Positions 25,136-37,767 of a stretch of DNA of 64,000 nt are shown here, in pieces. The notes beneath the pieces were generated by a model. The model was given only the letters and a program-made list of their open reading frames with translations, was not told the DNA's origin and searched no databases. Within the stretch, counting starts at the first letter, position 1. Each line of letters begins with the position of its first letter. The position numbers and the translations under genes were made by a program. Origin of the DNA: Podarcis pityusensis (Eukaryota); assembly GCA_964106645.2 (NCBI GenBank), contig OZ067044.1, one strand, 5' to 3'.

Positions 25136-25959
25136 TGGCCTCAGAAAAGGTCACATTGCTTTTTCAAGAATTATTGATAGCATGATACTCCTGAGCAGAT
25201 TCATCTTGTTTCTGTAGGGAATTCTGAAATGTTGAAACATTGAGGTTTCGGTTCTATACTCACCTGGGGGAAAGCCAAATTGAACAGAGTGGTGCTTACT
25301 TCTGAGTAGACACACATAGGACTGCACTGAAAGTGTATGTAGTTTTTAATCTTGCAATCTTAAAACAAAACAAACAAACACAAAAAACTGGTCCGCAGGA
25401 AGATATCAAACATGAAGTGTTAAATTAGGTTTAGAGGGTTGTATTCAGTACAGGGCTGATGCAAGAGGAATTCCCCTTCTTTTTCTCCCCACTGCAGTCT
25501 GCCGAGCCCACAAAAAGCCTCTCGTGAGGGTCTGGGATGTGAGATAGAGGATTGCAGTGGTAGAGGGATTGCGAGAAAATAGGGCAGAGGCAATTTGCAT
25601 GAGGCTCACACTCCCAGGCCTTTCCTGATTGTTCCCCACCTCTCTGATGTTACATCATGGGTAAGCATGTGTGCACAGTGGAGAGGAAGGGGCAGGCATG
25701 AATGCCCTAGTGCAAATGTGACCCTGGGTATAATGCATAATGCATTAGTTGAATTGGTTTTTTGTTTTTTTTAAATTAAATGCTGCTTATTCAGAAAACT
25801 CTTAGAGTGGTATAAACTAAACAAAAATATATGGAAATGAAAAATACAACAAAACAAGTCCAGCAAAATACACAAACATCAGTGGACAACCGTAAATGAT
25901 ATCAGCATCCCCCTTTGAGTATTTTGAGCCAGTGTTAAAAACACAAATTGATTGAAGTC

Positions 25960-26135
25960 TGTCCAACTCTTGAGAAGTCAGAAAGATTCACAGAGAGAGC
26001 ACCGGTTAGATGAATCTGGAACATGTTGTACAATCAGAAGGGGCAGTAAGGAAAAGGCAATCTCTTAGGTATCATGATCCCAAGTTGTTTATAGCTTTTT
26101 ACCCTACTAACAAAACCTTAAATTGCCTGTTTTCA
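25960..26135 (-). mobile_element. L2-type LINE fragment
   Basis: Reverse complement translates QFKVLLVG*KAINNLGS*YLRDCLF. Confidence 0.55.
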
Positions 26136-27886
26136 GGTCACTGGCGTATGATATTCCTTACAGGTTGTGGTGGCATGAGCAAAATGTCCTTAGATGATCT
26201 AAGTGATCTTACAGGATTATACAGGGGAAAGAGGTCTTTCAGGTAATGTGCACTTGCACTTCTTTCAACAAAAAGCTGTGCATTGCTTTCATTAATGTTA
26301 GAAGAGCGATACTTACATACATGGTCTATTTTATTTTATTTGAACCTAGAGTATTTTAAGGGTAGCTCATGGTGGCTTACAATTACGTAACTGTAGTTTT
26401 ATTTATATAAGAGGAACATTTCCCTTACTATTTATGAGAGCAACATGCATTTTGAAATAGAAGCATTCAAAGGTAATTACATTTAAAAAAGCAATTCTGA
26501 AACTAACAACACAGTACCCCATATCATGAATTTATACCAACTGAAAAGCGGGTAGGGAAAAAACTTTATTTTTCCTTCCTCCAACCTCTGTGTTTGTCCA
26601 TGTGTATGGTATTTCATTATGGCAAGATTATTATTAATTGTAGCCAATATATTCTTTTGTATTGTTAACCGTGTTTGCATTCATAATGCCTTGTACTAAC
26701 TCATAAAGTACAACCAACACTGAATTTATATCTATCTGTTAAAGAAATTATACATTTTTGCTGTAATACTAGTGGCAACAATAACCGTACCCTATGCGGT
26801 ACATTTATTATCTCCGCCCATCCAATTAAATCTCTGAGTAGGTCTCTCTTTGTTAGTCATGATATTCAGATACCAACATTTCATTCTAATACAGCATAAA
26901 GGGAAAAATCAAGACTGCCTCCTCCCTCCTATGCTGCTTTGTCAAATCTTGATGTGCCATTTTTGTGGCATCGAGGAAAACAAAATGACCCTTCCCTAAA
27001 TTCCTAATGCTACAAAGTTATAATTTTAAAAATAAGAATAATCAAGCTATAGGAGAATAGATGACAGAGTGAAGAAACTCAGATTTCTTACTACACTATT
27101 GATATTGGCCTAACATTCTCTAATAATCTACTAAAATTAAGAATGGGGCAAAGTGTTTGGTCCTGAGGGCCAAGAAGAAATATCCCGCAAGCCTGAGGGC
27201 CAAAGCTAATGCATATATTTTAGTTCTGCATTATTAATGTAATTTGCATGTCGTTATCAAGAACTTAGGGGATGCCACGCTACAGCTTGTGAACACATTG
27301 AGCTTATTCTACTACTGTCATTCTGAATTGCTTTCTTTCAAACTGGACAAATTTGCATTGTGATATATGAACTTGAGGCACAATTTCCTGGAAAATTTTG
27401 AACAAAGTCTCCTGAAATGCATACAGCTTTTATTTCACTAGGAATTTTCAATGAAACATGCAATGAAGCAAATGGTAGTTTTAAAAATTAGGGCAGTTGG
27501 AAATCACAATGAAGGTAAGTTTTTTTTCTTCCTAATTTGCCTTCTTGTTAGTGATCCTTTAGTATTTCTGCAGTTTCATTTCCCGAATGTGTTTTCATAA
27601 TAATAGCTAGAGGTTTGCATTTATTTTTATTTTATTTTTTAAAATGTGATTCTGTGGATTGTAATAAGAGCCTGTAGACCACACAAAAGTTATTTGGGGA
27701 CTCCATATTGATTACTTGCTATAAATTTCAGTTGCATTACTATTATCCTAACGTATGTGGTTCCAACCCAGCATAGTTGGGTCCTGTTAAATCTCACTTT
27801 CATTCAAGCTGAGGGGTTTGAAAAGTCTAGAAGCAGAGGATACATCCTGTAAGCAGCCTTGACTGTGGCCTATATGCCTTTTATCT

Positions 27887-28106
27887 TGCTGTTGTTTAGT
27901 TGTGTCTGACTCTTCGTGACCCCATGGACCAGAGCACACCAGGCACTCCTGTCTTCCACTGCCTCCCGCAGTTTGGTCAAACTCATGTTAGTAGTTTCGA
28001 GAACACTGTCCAACCATCTCGTCCTCTGTCGTCCCCTTCTCCTTGTGCCCTCCATCTTTCCCAACATCAGGGTCTTTTCCAGGGAGTCTTCTCTTCTCAT
28101 GAGGTT
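27887..28106 (-). mobile_element. BovB (RTE) LINE 3' fragment
   Basis: Translation LMRREDSLEKTLMLGKMEGTRRRGRQRTRWLD..LREAVEDR.AW.ALVHGVTKSQTQL; (CAA)-type tail; 10-bp TSD ccttttatct at 27877-27886 and 28107-28116. Confidence 0.92.
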
Positions 28107-28913
28107 CCTTTTATCTAGCATATGACTCTGTGTGTGTGTGTGTAGACATTGCCTATCAAGCTCTTAGAAAGTGGCTTTTGGCAGCCTTTATGAAACACAC
28201 ACAACACCAGAGAGACAACGGAGGCAATCAAACTGCCTCACCTGCAAAAAAATTGTCTGGAATACATACATACATATACATAAATATACATATGTGTATA
28301 TTTTAAGATGCTGCTGGCATGTTTCTCTCCCCACCCCCTCTAATAGTGATGAATGCCAACAGAAACTGAGCCCTAAAGAAGAAGTGATGTTACACTATGC
28401 TTGGAGAAAGTCCAAGGATTGCAAAAGTACAGAAAAGTCATATGCACACCTAAGGGGCACCCCCTTCCCAAATACTGCACAGTAAGGACTGAGCATGCAC
28501 AGTAGCCAAGAAATGTTGAGTGGCAGCAGGAAAAGAAATACAAAACTGAGAACAGGGAATGGAACATCCCAATTCAACCTCATACGGTTTATAGCATCCT
28601 GGTGGAAAGCATGGCTGGTTGTATAGAACCCCATTTCTGTTAGGTGTTGCATGTCTCATTTGTTAAACTAATTATCCAAACAGTTGTCTCTTCTGTACTG
28701 TCTCATTTTGCCATGTGGCCAGTGTTCCTTTCCTTTTGTAAAACGCTTCCCTCCAAGAGATGATGCCATAGCACCTAGCCACAGGGAGCATTCTAGCAGC
28801 TTTTCACAGGAACATTATCTAGTGTGGGGTCTGCCTGCTTCTATGGGCTTTGGGGGATCCTTTCTTAAACAGTGAGTTCTGTATTTTTCTGAAAGTATCC
28901 AGACTGTACAGTA

Positions 28914-29136
28914 CAGTGGTACTTCGGGTTACATACGCTTCAGGTTACAGACTCCGCTAACCCAGAAATAGTGCTTCAGGTTAAGAACTTTGCTTCAGGA
29001 TGAGAACAGAAATTGTGCTCCGGTGGTGCAGCAGCAGCAGGCCCCATTAGCTAAAGTGGTGCTTCGGGTTAAGAACAGTTTCAGGTTAAGAACAGACCTC
29101 CGGAACGAATTAAGTACTTAACCCAAGGTACCACTG
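28914..29136. mobile_element. Second copy of the same MITE, inverted relative to 11331-11572
   Basis: TA|CAGTGGTACTTCGGGTTA ... TAACCCAAGGTACCACTG|TA; body is the reverse complement of the 11331 copy. Confidence 0.92.
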
Positions 29137-32100
29137 TACTATCAATTATGCCTTCACGTAGTCTAGGACACTGGTTAATGTTACAGTGTTGCTGCTGCAT
29201 AGTGCGTGGATCTCTCTGGTGTTTAGAAACATGATTTAGATTATGGGAAGGCTCCATGAGAGAAAAAAATAGTGGGTCTTGGAGAAGTCAGAACTTTAAA
29301 ATCCTCAGTACCCATTCCTGTCTCTAATAAGCAGTTTGCATTCCTGTATCTTGTGCTCTGACCCTTATCTGTTCTTTACTGGACTAAGAGTTCTGACATG
29401 GAGAAGGATGACTACATTATTTCAAACTGTCTGTCAAACTGTACATGGGTCATTGTTTGCCGTCTTCTACCTCTCCCCTCTCAAAAAACTTGGTTTGGGG
29501 ACTTTTGCAGACGTGAAATCCTGAAAACCCACATTAAAGTTCTGTTGATTTAGTATCAAGAACCTTTATTGCTAAAAATGTGTGAGATTTACCATAAAGC
29601 AATGTGAAGAATAAATGGTTCCATTTATCGCATTTAAACCTTTAGTGCTTTTTTTTACTTTTGCACATTACTGAAAATAAAGCATTTTAGAAGCTGCTTA
29701 GTTCTTTTCGAATTGAAACATTTGAATATATGTATTTATATTTACCGTAGCCAAGTGCATTTAACTTTCTGTTTGTATATACACAAACCCATATAGACAA
29801 TTGTGCATACTTCAAATATGTCCCCCCCCCCCTTTACTATATATTGAACAGCTTATTCTAGGAGAGTAGGCTTAGTCTAATAATGACATTCCCTATGTGG
29901 ATGAAGAAATTGTGCTATGAACTATTAAAGAGATTAGTTTTTGTTTAGAAGTGGCAAATTTATTATTGCATCTTCTGATAGTGTTCTATCCTACTTGGTA
30001 GAGAACTAAACTGTTTTTTCTTGAAATACAGTTAATATACACATCTCCCCACCCCCACCCCTTTGCCATCTTTTCATTCACCTCCACTGCCTCTCAGTTT
30101 ACTCTGGCAGAGGCCTAAGTAAAGTAAACCATGTGCTTTTGTGCTGTCATATTTGATTTGGACTATATTCTCACTGTTATTTGAAGCTAACATGAAATGC
30201 AGTGTCTGCATGACCCATTTTAGCAGCCCATTATCATAATTTCACTCTCATATGGCTACTGAGTTAATGTACTTACAAATGACAGAGAAAGCATGTTACA
30301 TGACCTTAAGGGTTTTCAAAAATTAAATGACGTAGTAGGTTATATTTCAAAGAATGGCTAAAGAGAACATTTTTAATTATTATTTTTTGCACCTTAAGGT
30401 GTCACTGGTTAGCATGGCAAACGGTATTTGTGCGTGTGTTAAATATGTGAACGTATAAGCTTTATCAGAATCTGCATTCCATAATTCACTCAAAGAAATT
30501 TTGGAAGATTGATTTAAAAATGGTTCCAAAAAGAGGTTGTTGTTGTTTTGTAATTGCCTAATGCTTTACATTTCTTCATGTAGGGTAGAGGTGGCTTTTT
30601 TTTTTTTTGGTAATGTTTCAGTTCATAGTTGTTACGGTGATATTCAGCTATGTTTTACTCAGAGTAGACACACATTCATTTAATTTCAGTAGATCCACTC
30701 TGAGTACAACTTTGCTGATTAAGGGCGGTATTCAACTAAGTTTGAAATTTGTTCATGCACAAAGTATAAAGCCCTGAAGAATTACTGAGACAAGATTTTG
30801 GAGGCTGCCATATAATGGATCCTATTATACGATGATGATTCTTCAGCAGCCTTGTATTGAGCAACTTTCTTGGCAGCCATAGATAACAAGGGATTTCATG
30901 CAGGGAAATACGCAGCCTGGCAAGAGGAGGTAGCAATCTCTCCTTCCCTCTTCCACCCATGTGCTAGGTCTCTCTGCTACCTGGGGCTGGATGAAGGAAC
31001 ACCTCCTAAGCTCTTTCCCTTTCCACCAGTCCTCTTGCTAGAAGGATTTTTTTTTTTTTTTTACTACCCCACTGATAGGCTACGGTTCTGCATTCCCATC
31101 ATGGTTGTGAAGGAGAGAGCTTCCCTTCTTCTGTAGCCAGCATGAGAACGGCAGAACAAAGACTGTGGGCTAATAACTTTCATGGATTTATTTACAAGAC
31201 TGCTCTTGTAAATATTTACTGTTTATTTACAAGAGTCATTATTTCACAGTGAAAGTATGCATGTATTCATGTAGCATTTGGATATGCATCCTATTTTAAG
31301 CATACAGGATTAGCATTTTATCAGGACATAGAGGCCTATTTGGCTTTTCAAATGGAGAGTCCTTGCTGGGTTTTGGTGAAAGGCATCAGTTGTGAATTAC
31401 TGAAGTGTTTGTCTATGCATGTGTGTGTGCGCGCACACACAAACATATGGAATGAGCACAAAATTTGGGGTGGTTTCCAGCTAAGTTTTACTGAGAGCAG
31501 ACCTACTGATGTTAAATGAACCTCAGGCATGTTCATTAATTTGACCGGGTCTGCTCTGACTTAGTTGGCTACCATCCATGGAGTCTGGATACCTTTTCCC
31601 GATATTTACGTATTTAAGCCAGCAGTGGTATTTTTTTTGTACTCTTAAACAGTAAAGATCTTTGTTCCTGTGGAACTAGCTACTCCAGAATTACTCCAGA
31701 GCAAGCAAATAGTTCATGGAGTACAACCTGAAGCTCCATGGAGAAGCTCTGCCGCTTTCTTGTCACTGGTGCAGAATAATTTGATAAATTTACAAGTATC
31801 TTCATTATTAGTCATTGGCACTAATAAGACTAGGGAAAGATAGAAATGCAAGCATGTTTTCTGCCATCAGAAGCTGTAGCATTTAGCTAAAATTAGAAAG
31901 TTGTATGTAAAAGTTTTGAGGGTGGAGTGGTGGCAGAAAATGCTGCAAGGACAGAATGAAAAAGATCCACTTAAATTATGTTTCAACTATCCTGTATTCT
32001 AATTCTTACAGCAGGGTTGGGCTATTGTCATGATGTAAGCTATTGTCTTACCACTTTCCAGCTTGATTCCTACTGTTGGATAAATGCTGGAGGAGATAAG

Positions 32101-32729
32101 TGCAATGAGTGGTGAAACCCTTCTTGCACTCGCAGATGATTTATTTATTTCCTTCCACGTATATCCTGCCTTTCCCCAAAAAAGATGCACCCAAGGTGGG
32201 ATACATGTGGTTCCCAGGTTGTCATTAAAAAACTCCAAATGCCAATAACCATAAAAGCACTTTGGCTGCAATTGTGAACCTCACTGAATTCAATGTAACT
32301 TATTTCTGAGTAGACGTGCAGTAGAATTGTATTGTCAGTTTCCGTCAAATAGTTCTGTGGAGGGTTGTCCTGCTGCTGTGAGCAGTTTTTCAGGGAGCAC
32401 ATGGAACCACAGTAGGAATCAGAGGCCCAAAGAGCTTCTGTACAAGGATTCACCTTCAGATCTTAGCCATATTCAGTTATGTATTCAAGGATTTTTCAAA
32501 GTACATATGATGCTAAATGCATCACATTCTTCTATGTGATTTTTTTTTAAGAAGTACAAATCTTCCAATACAAAATCTTGCAGCAGTAAGTTAAAAGATT
32601 TCATTGATTTAAGTTTACCAAATTGGTTTCTTTGGCTGGTTAGCTTTGGTCTTGTTATTCTGCATTCGTTGTATTTAACAGTCATTAGAAGTGATGGTGG
32701 TTGCATACAGAACTGCCCCAAAGATCTTA

Positions 32730-33085
32730 TCTATGTAGAAGCTTTACACGATGGGACACCATATTTAAAAGACTCTATCCTGCATGCCATTGTTGCCAAC
32801 CCATTTATGCTTTTATATACCCTTATATATGATGTATTACAGAGGCCAAACTGGCCTCAATGAGAAATTGGGCATTTAGTGTCACCAGTCCCATTCTGTG
32901 GAACACTCTTCCAGCAGAGATTTAGCAGGCACCCTGTTATTATTTTCAGGCATCTCTTGAAGACCTTTTTGTAACTGTTTACATTTTTGATAAGTCAGTC
33001 ATTTTAATTATCTTTATTTTTACAGTTTTTATGGTGTTTTATATTTTATTGTTTATATTGTTGTGCACTGCCGTGTTGTATGAAC
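32730..33085 (+). mobile_element. Degenerate L2-type LINE 3' end (host of the PLE insertion)
   Basis: cccattctgtggaacactcttccagcagagatt (PILWNTLPAEI) ... ttgaagaccttttt followed by a T-rich 3'UTR. Confidence 0.55.
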
Positions 33086-33099
33086 TGGTGGTATATAAA

Positions 33100-33319
33100 A
33101 TAAAAAAAATCCTTCCAGTAGCACCTTTAAGACCAACTAAGTTAGTTCTTGGTATGAGCTTTCGTGTGCAAGCACACTTCTTCAGATCTGAAGAAGTGTA
33201 TCTGAAGAAGTGTGCTTGCACACGAAAGCTCATACCAAGAACTAACTTAGTTGGTCTTAAAGGTGCTACTGGAAGGATTTTTTTTATTTTGACTATGGCA
33301 GACCAACACGGCTACCTAT
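33100..33319. mobile_element. Penelope-like element (PLE) terminal-repeat fragment arranged as a perfect inverted repeat
   Basis: Arms 33097-33187 and 33200-33290 are exact reverse complements. Direct repeat ctggtggtatataaa at 33085-33099 and 33320-33334. The motif ctgaagaagtg..cacgaaagctcatacc..ggtcttaaaggtgc resembles reptile PLE ends. Confidence 0.75.
33198..33235 (+). ncRNA. Minimal type-I hammerhead ribozyme motif (PLE-type)
   Basis: GUAU(33198-201)-CUGAAGA(33202-208)-A-GUGUG/cuug/CACAC(33210-223)-GAAA(33224-227)-GC-UC^(33230-231)-AUAC(33232-235). Stem I is GUAU:AUAC, and palindromic AGCU replaces stem III. Confidence 0.7.
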
Positions 33320-33378
33320 CTGGTGGTATATAAATACTTGTATAAATAACATATCAGTTTGCTGCAGCAAAAATGCCA

Positions 33379-33465
33379 GAGTCTTGCGGCACCTTAAAGA
33401 CTTAATATACCGTATGTTATCGTGGCATGAGCTTTTGTAAACTAGAGCTGACTTTGTAATATGCA
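33379..33465 (-). mobile_element. Older degenerate PLE terminal-repeat fragment with decayed hammerhead
   Basis: Reverse complement reads tgcat....aagt...ac aaaagctcatgcc....agtctttaaggtgccgcaagactc, the same layout as the adjacent element but with the CUGANGA core lost. Confidence 0.55.
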
Positions 33466-35091
33466 GTTGGTAAAGGGGGTGTATGTGTGTGCATGTGTGC
33501 ACAGAGGAAGCAGTTTGGCCAAAAGATCATGAATGCTGGTGGTATCAATGGGCCTGAAGATAGGGGCAAAGTGATCCATTCGCAGCAGCTGTCATTGTGT
33601 TGATGCTATGTGTTTAGCTCCACCACACTCATTTTACATTAGTAGTATGCCAAAAAAAAAACCCCAACCCTAACCCAGAGTCCTGATTAAGTCTGAATTG
33701 AATTGAATTGAATCCAATCTGCTGATCAAAGTCTAGCCATTTCCTGCTGTAGAATGTCACATATATGTTAGCAGGACCTGCACACCAATGCAGTATCTGG
33801 CTGAACAAAGAATTGCTGATATGAACCAAAGATTTTCTGTCTTTTTGGAAATCTTGCTATGGCTGTTGTAGAGTTACCTAGTGCTGGAAGTAACAGAAGT
33901 CATAGGTGGGAATGGGGAGTATGATGTAGTACTGCAAAAATAGAATAAAACCAGTGTTCCCAATGGATGTGGTTACAGATTGAAGTGCAAAATATGGTTA
34001 CCCTCTGTTTCATCTTTTCCAATATTTCTTATTTTATTTTTTAAAGATCAGATGGAGGGGGGCACAGGGATCTACAAAATTAAAATTGATCAAATTGGAA
34101 TACGTAGCATTTAGGGAGAGTGGGAATTGATGTTTCCAACATATTCTTTCACTTAGAGTACACAGTTCATTCTGCATGCTTATATTGACGCCCATTATGT
34201 TTAACTCCTTTTCCCTTGGTCCCTATACTTGGGTGAGAAGATTATATCAAGATTTGCAGGCATTCCATATTTGACGATGGAAGGTTTTGTGATTTCATTT
34301 TAAATGCTGCATGGTATTATTCCTCCTAATTGGAATACGTTGCACAAACTAAAAGACAGGAGTCGGCAGTGTGTCTTAATAAGTTTGAGGGTAAGGTATG
34401 CAGTGTACCGTTTTCTTAAACCAATTTGCTCTGTACAGTGATTCTCAGCATGTAGCTTTTATGAAACCTAACCCAGTAATGTACCAGATGTGGGTCTCTT
34501 GGAGATTAATATAGAAAAATGTAAGCCAGAATCCGAACATAGATAGTCCCTCACACCGAGCAGGGCTTAGGGTGTATGTTTCCACAAATCCAAAGCCCTG
34601 GTCTCCAAACCAGTTCAAAATTCAAGCGGGACTGGATTGAACACCTGGCGTCAACACCTGGTGACCTTGGGCACCTAGAATCCTAGCAAGTTGCACTTCT
34701 GCTGCTTGCCATGGCTCCCCTTTAGAAACATTTCCAGCCCCTTGCTGCAAGCTGTCTCAGGTGGTTAGGTAAGCCATCACTTAAATTTCCACAATGTCCC
34801 AAAATACTGGCACACTGTAGGAAAAATAAATGGCAGCAAGATCCAGCCTCCTTGGCACTGTTATAACCCTGGTGCTCTCTGCTAGGTTATCCTTCCAGGT
34901 ACTGCTGTTGGAGAAGCCCACCAGAGCACACTGTGCGCAGGGTTCTCCAAACTTGGAGTCAGTCCTGAATTTAGAGAGATTCAGAAGTAACTTGGCATGT
35001 GATTAAGGTATAGAGCTCTGCTGTTCAAAGGGGGTGGGGAGCCCCACTGTGTAGACTCCAACTCTCCAGTGCAGCTATATCCATCATAGTA

Positions 35092-35261
35092 ACTCAATAA
35101 TGACTTAAGTCCATTGATTTCAATAGGTCTAGTCTAGTAACAGTCAGTGTGGAACACTACTGGTGTTAAGGATCTAATTCAACAATGACTTAAGTCCATT
35201 GATTTCAATGGGTCTAGTCTAGTAACAGTCAGTGTGGAACATTACTGGTGTTAAGGATCTA
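35092..35261. repeat. 85-bp tandem duplication (2 units, 4 mismatches)
   Basis: Units 35092-35176 and 35177-35261. Confidence 0.95.
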
Positions 35262-37767
35262 GTCTGGTGTAATTGACTTTGGAAGCCCACATTCAAATTC
35301 TATAAAAATGGAGCCATGAAGTTCACTAGGTAGCTTTGGGCAAGGCAGAATCTTTTGGCTAGTCTTATCTCATGGAGTTGTTGTAGAATGGAGTAATGCA
35401 AGGTAAATAGTAAAATATAAACATTACAAATAACTAATGGGGGTAGTAGTAATGAAAGAACACAATTATTTATTAAAATATGTGAGGCTGGTGAGGGGAT
35501 GAAACACTAAAAATGCATTCATATGAGGACATCATGGGTTTCTCCTGCTGAAAGTGAACTTTTTTTTAGAATTGTAAGACTGTCACAAGTTTTTACTATG
35601 AAAAAGGAGTAGTTTGGGGACATGTGCTGCATTTCAAGTGAAATGTCAACTGTCAATGAAGGCACAATTGTGATATTTGTCTCACACATACTGTTACAGA
35701 ATAAATCAGTTGTGGCTGATAACATTTTGACTTGGTAGGGCTGTAGCTTTTAATTTTGCTGTTTTTACAACAATAGGCCTTATATAGCACTTACTTTGGA
35801 AAGGGTGCTATTACACATGTGCAGAGTGCCACACATATACACACACACACTTCTTAGCCTGTTTATGGATGAAGGCACAAGCATGATTTTCAGCGAAGAA
35901 AGACTTCATATCTCCTATTTATAAATTCAGCCATACCACATGATAGACACACCCATTCCCAAAAAACTAAACACACAAAGTCTTATAAATGTATGGAGAA
36001 CTTAGCTACCAGTTACATGCAGTTTTCCTCCCTTCAAAAATCAATTTAACTTTTCATTATCCAAAACACTTCTCTCTAAATTAAAAGAAAAAGCGTTCCA
36101 ACCTATAGACAAAAATAATTGTTTCGTTTGAGCCAGGGCTCAGAGCATAGCAAAACATAAATGCAATTCATTGCTCAGTCCTAAAAAATGTGAGGTAATA
36201 ATCTCTGTTCATGCGCAGAGTGCATCACATCAGACTAATCATACTTAGCCTCTATGTGTGAGATAAGGGAGAATATCTTCCAGGTTTGGGAATGAATGTG
36301 GAGTCATATCCAGACAGGCAGACAGCTCAAACTTTTTATTTTAGAAATTCCCTGACAAAACTCCCAAAACAGCAAGCATAAGTAGTAGCACCAGCATTTC
36401 CCTACATCTCTTTGCATTCAGTATATCTGAACTTAAGCTAGGTAATGCACTTGTTGGAAGCAGATCCACGAACCTTTTGTAGAAATACTCTGGGAAATAC
36501 TTTGGAATTGCACATGGCTCATATCAACCTGTCCTGTCGCATCCTGAAAGCAGGGAACCCTCCTTGTTGATTCTCTGGTTACCTGCGAAGAGATTGGGCC
36601 TTGAGGGATACAGTTCTGAGCTCAGAACCGGTGTATGATTCTGAAAAAGGCTAAGGCTGCCACATGGGATTATACTTAAAGCAGACCTGTCTCCTCCCTG
36701 AACAGTTATAGTGGCTATGCTGGATAGCCTCCTAACAACAGATGGAGTGGGAGCCTTCCTAGTATGGCTGATTTTCTGGCTGTCAGATCAGTCACATGAT
36801 TTTTCTGCTCAGAGATACATGGAAAGGACCTCTTTGCCATAGCTGCACTTTTGGATTAGGATTGGCTGAGTGGTAGAGAGAGATGATTGGCTGGAGAACA
36901 GTAGATTAGCAGAAATGTTTGCAGAGCTTCTGAGTTTAGATAAACGTGTAAAATGTGTGTGGGACAGGAAAGACTGTGGATTTGAGAGGTTTCCCCGCCC
37001 CCCAATTGCTTAACATTTTCATTGAGTTGGCTGAGCCCCAGTAGCCCTAGTTGATCAACCTCCACTGGAAGAAAGACATTTTTGTACAGTGAGCACAGTA
37101 GTGAATGCAAAACTGGGGATTTTTAAAAAATAAAAATTGCCTATCCACATCATCGCATGCTATGAAGTGTACTTGATTTTAATGCAAGTTGGATCAAATT
37201 CTGGTTCTGTTGCTTTTGTTTGTTTGTTTTGTTACATACCTGTGTCTCCAGTTAAGAGAGTGCCCATTGTCTGTATTCTTAAATCATAGGTAATAACTGA
37301 TAAAAAGGAACAGTTGTTAAAGATAATCAGAGCAGTACTTGCATGTCTGGTATTTCAGCGCAAGTAGTTAATAGCCAAAAGATGTTTGCACTTAACACTC
37401 TGTGTAACTTTCAGATCTATTTCAAGGCTAAATGCTTTTTTTAAAAAAACTGCTTTTCTAAAAGTAATGTGCATTATAGCATTTATTAATATAATAAATC
37501 ATCATACTTGTCAGTCAAAAGCTAAGGATGCAGGATGTGTACTGACTATTCCAGTGATGCAATATAAATCATTCAAGATTAAATTAACTGATAATTTGGA
37601 AATTTACTTGCATGCATTTTGCACTTCCATTTGTTTTGATGACTTGCACTTTCCACAACCATCCAGGATTTTTATGAACAGTTTTTAAGGCATCTCTCAC
37701 CTCCTTCCTCTTCATTTTCCAATGGGCAAATTTTCACAGGAAGGAGAGTAGCAACATGGCCCCCCTC

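Noticed and set aside
33031-33333. Overlapping + and - ORFs sharing identical peptides (MSFRVQAHFFR / LKKCACTRKLIPRTNLVGLKG)
   Set aside because: Automatic consequence of the DNA palindrome; no coding evidence
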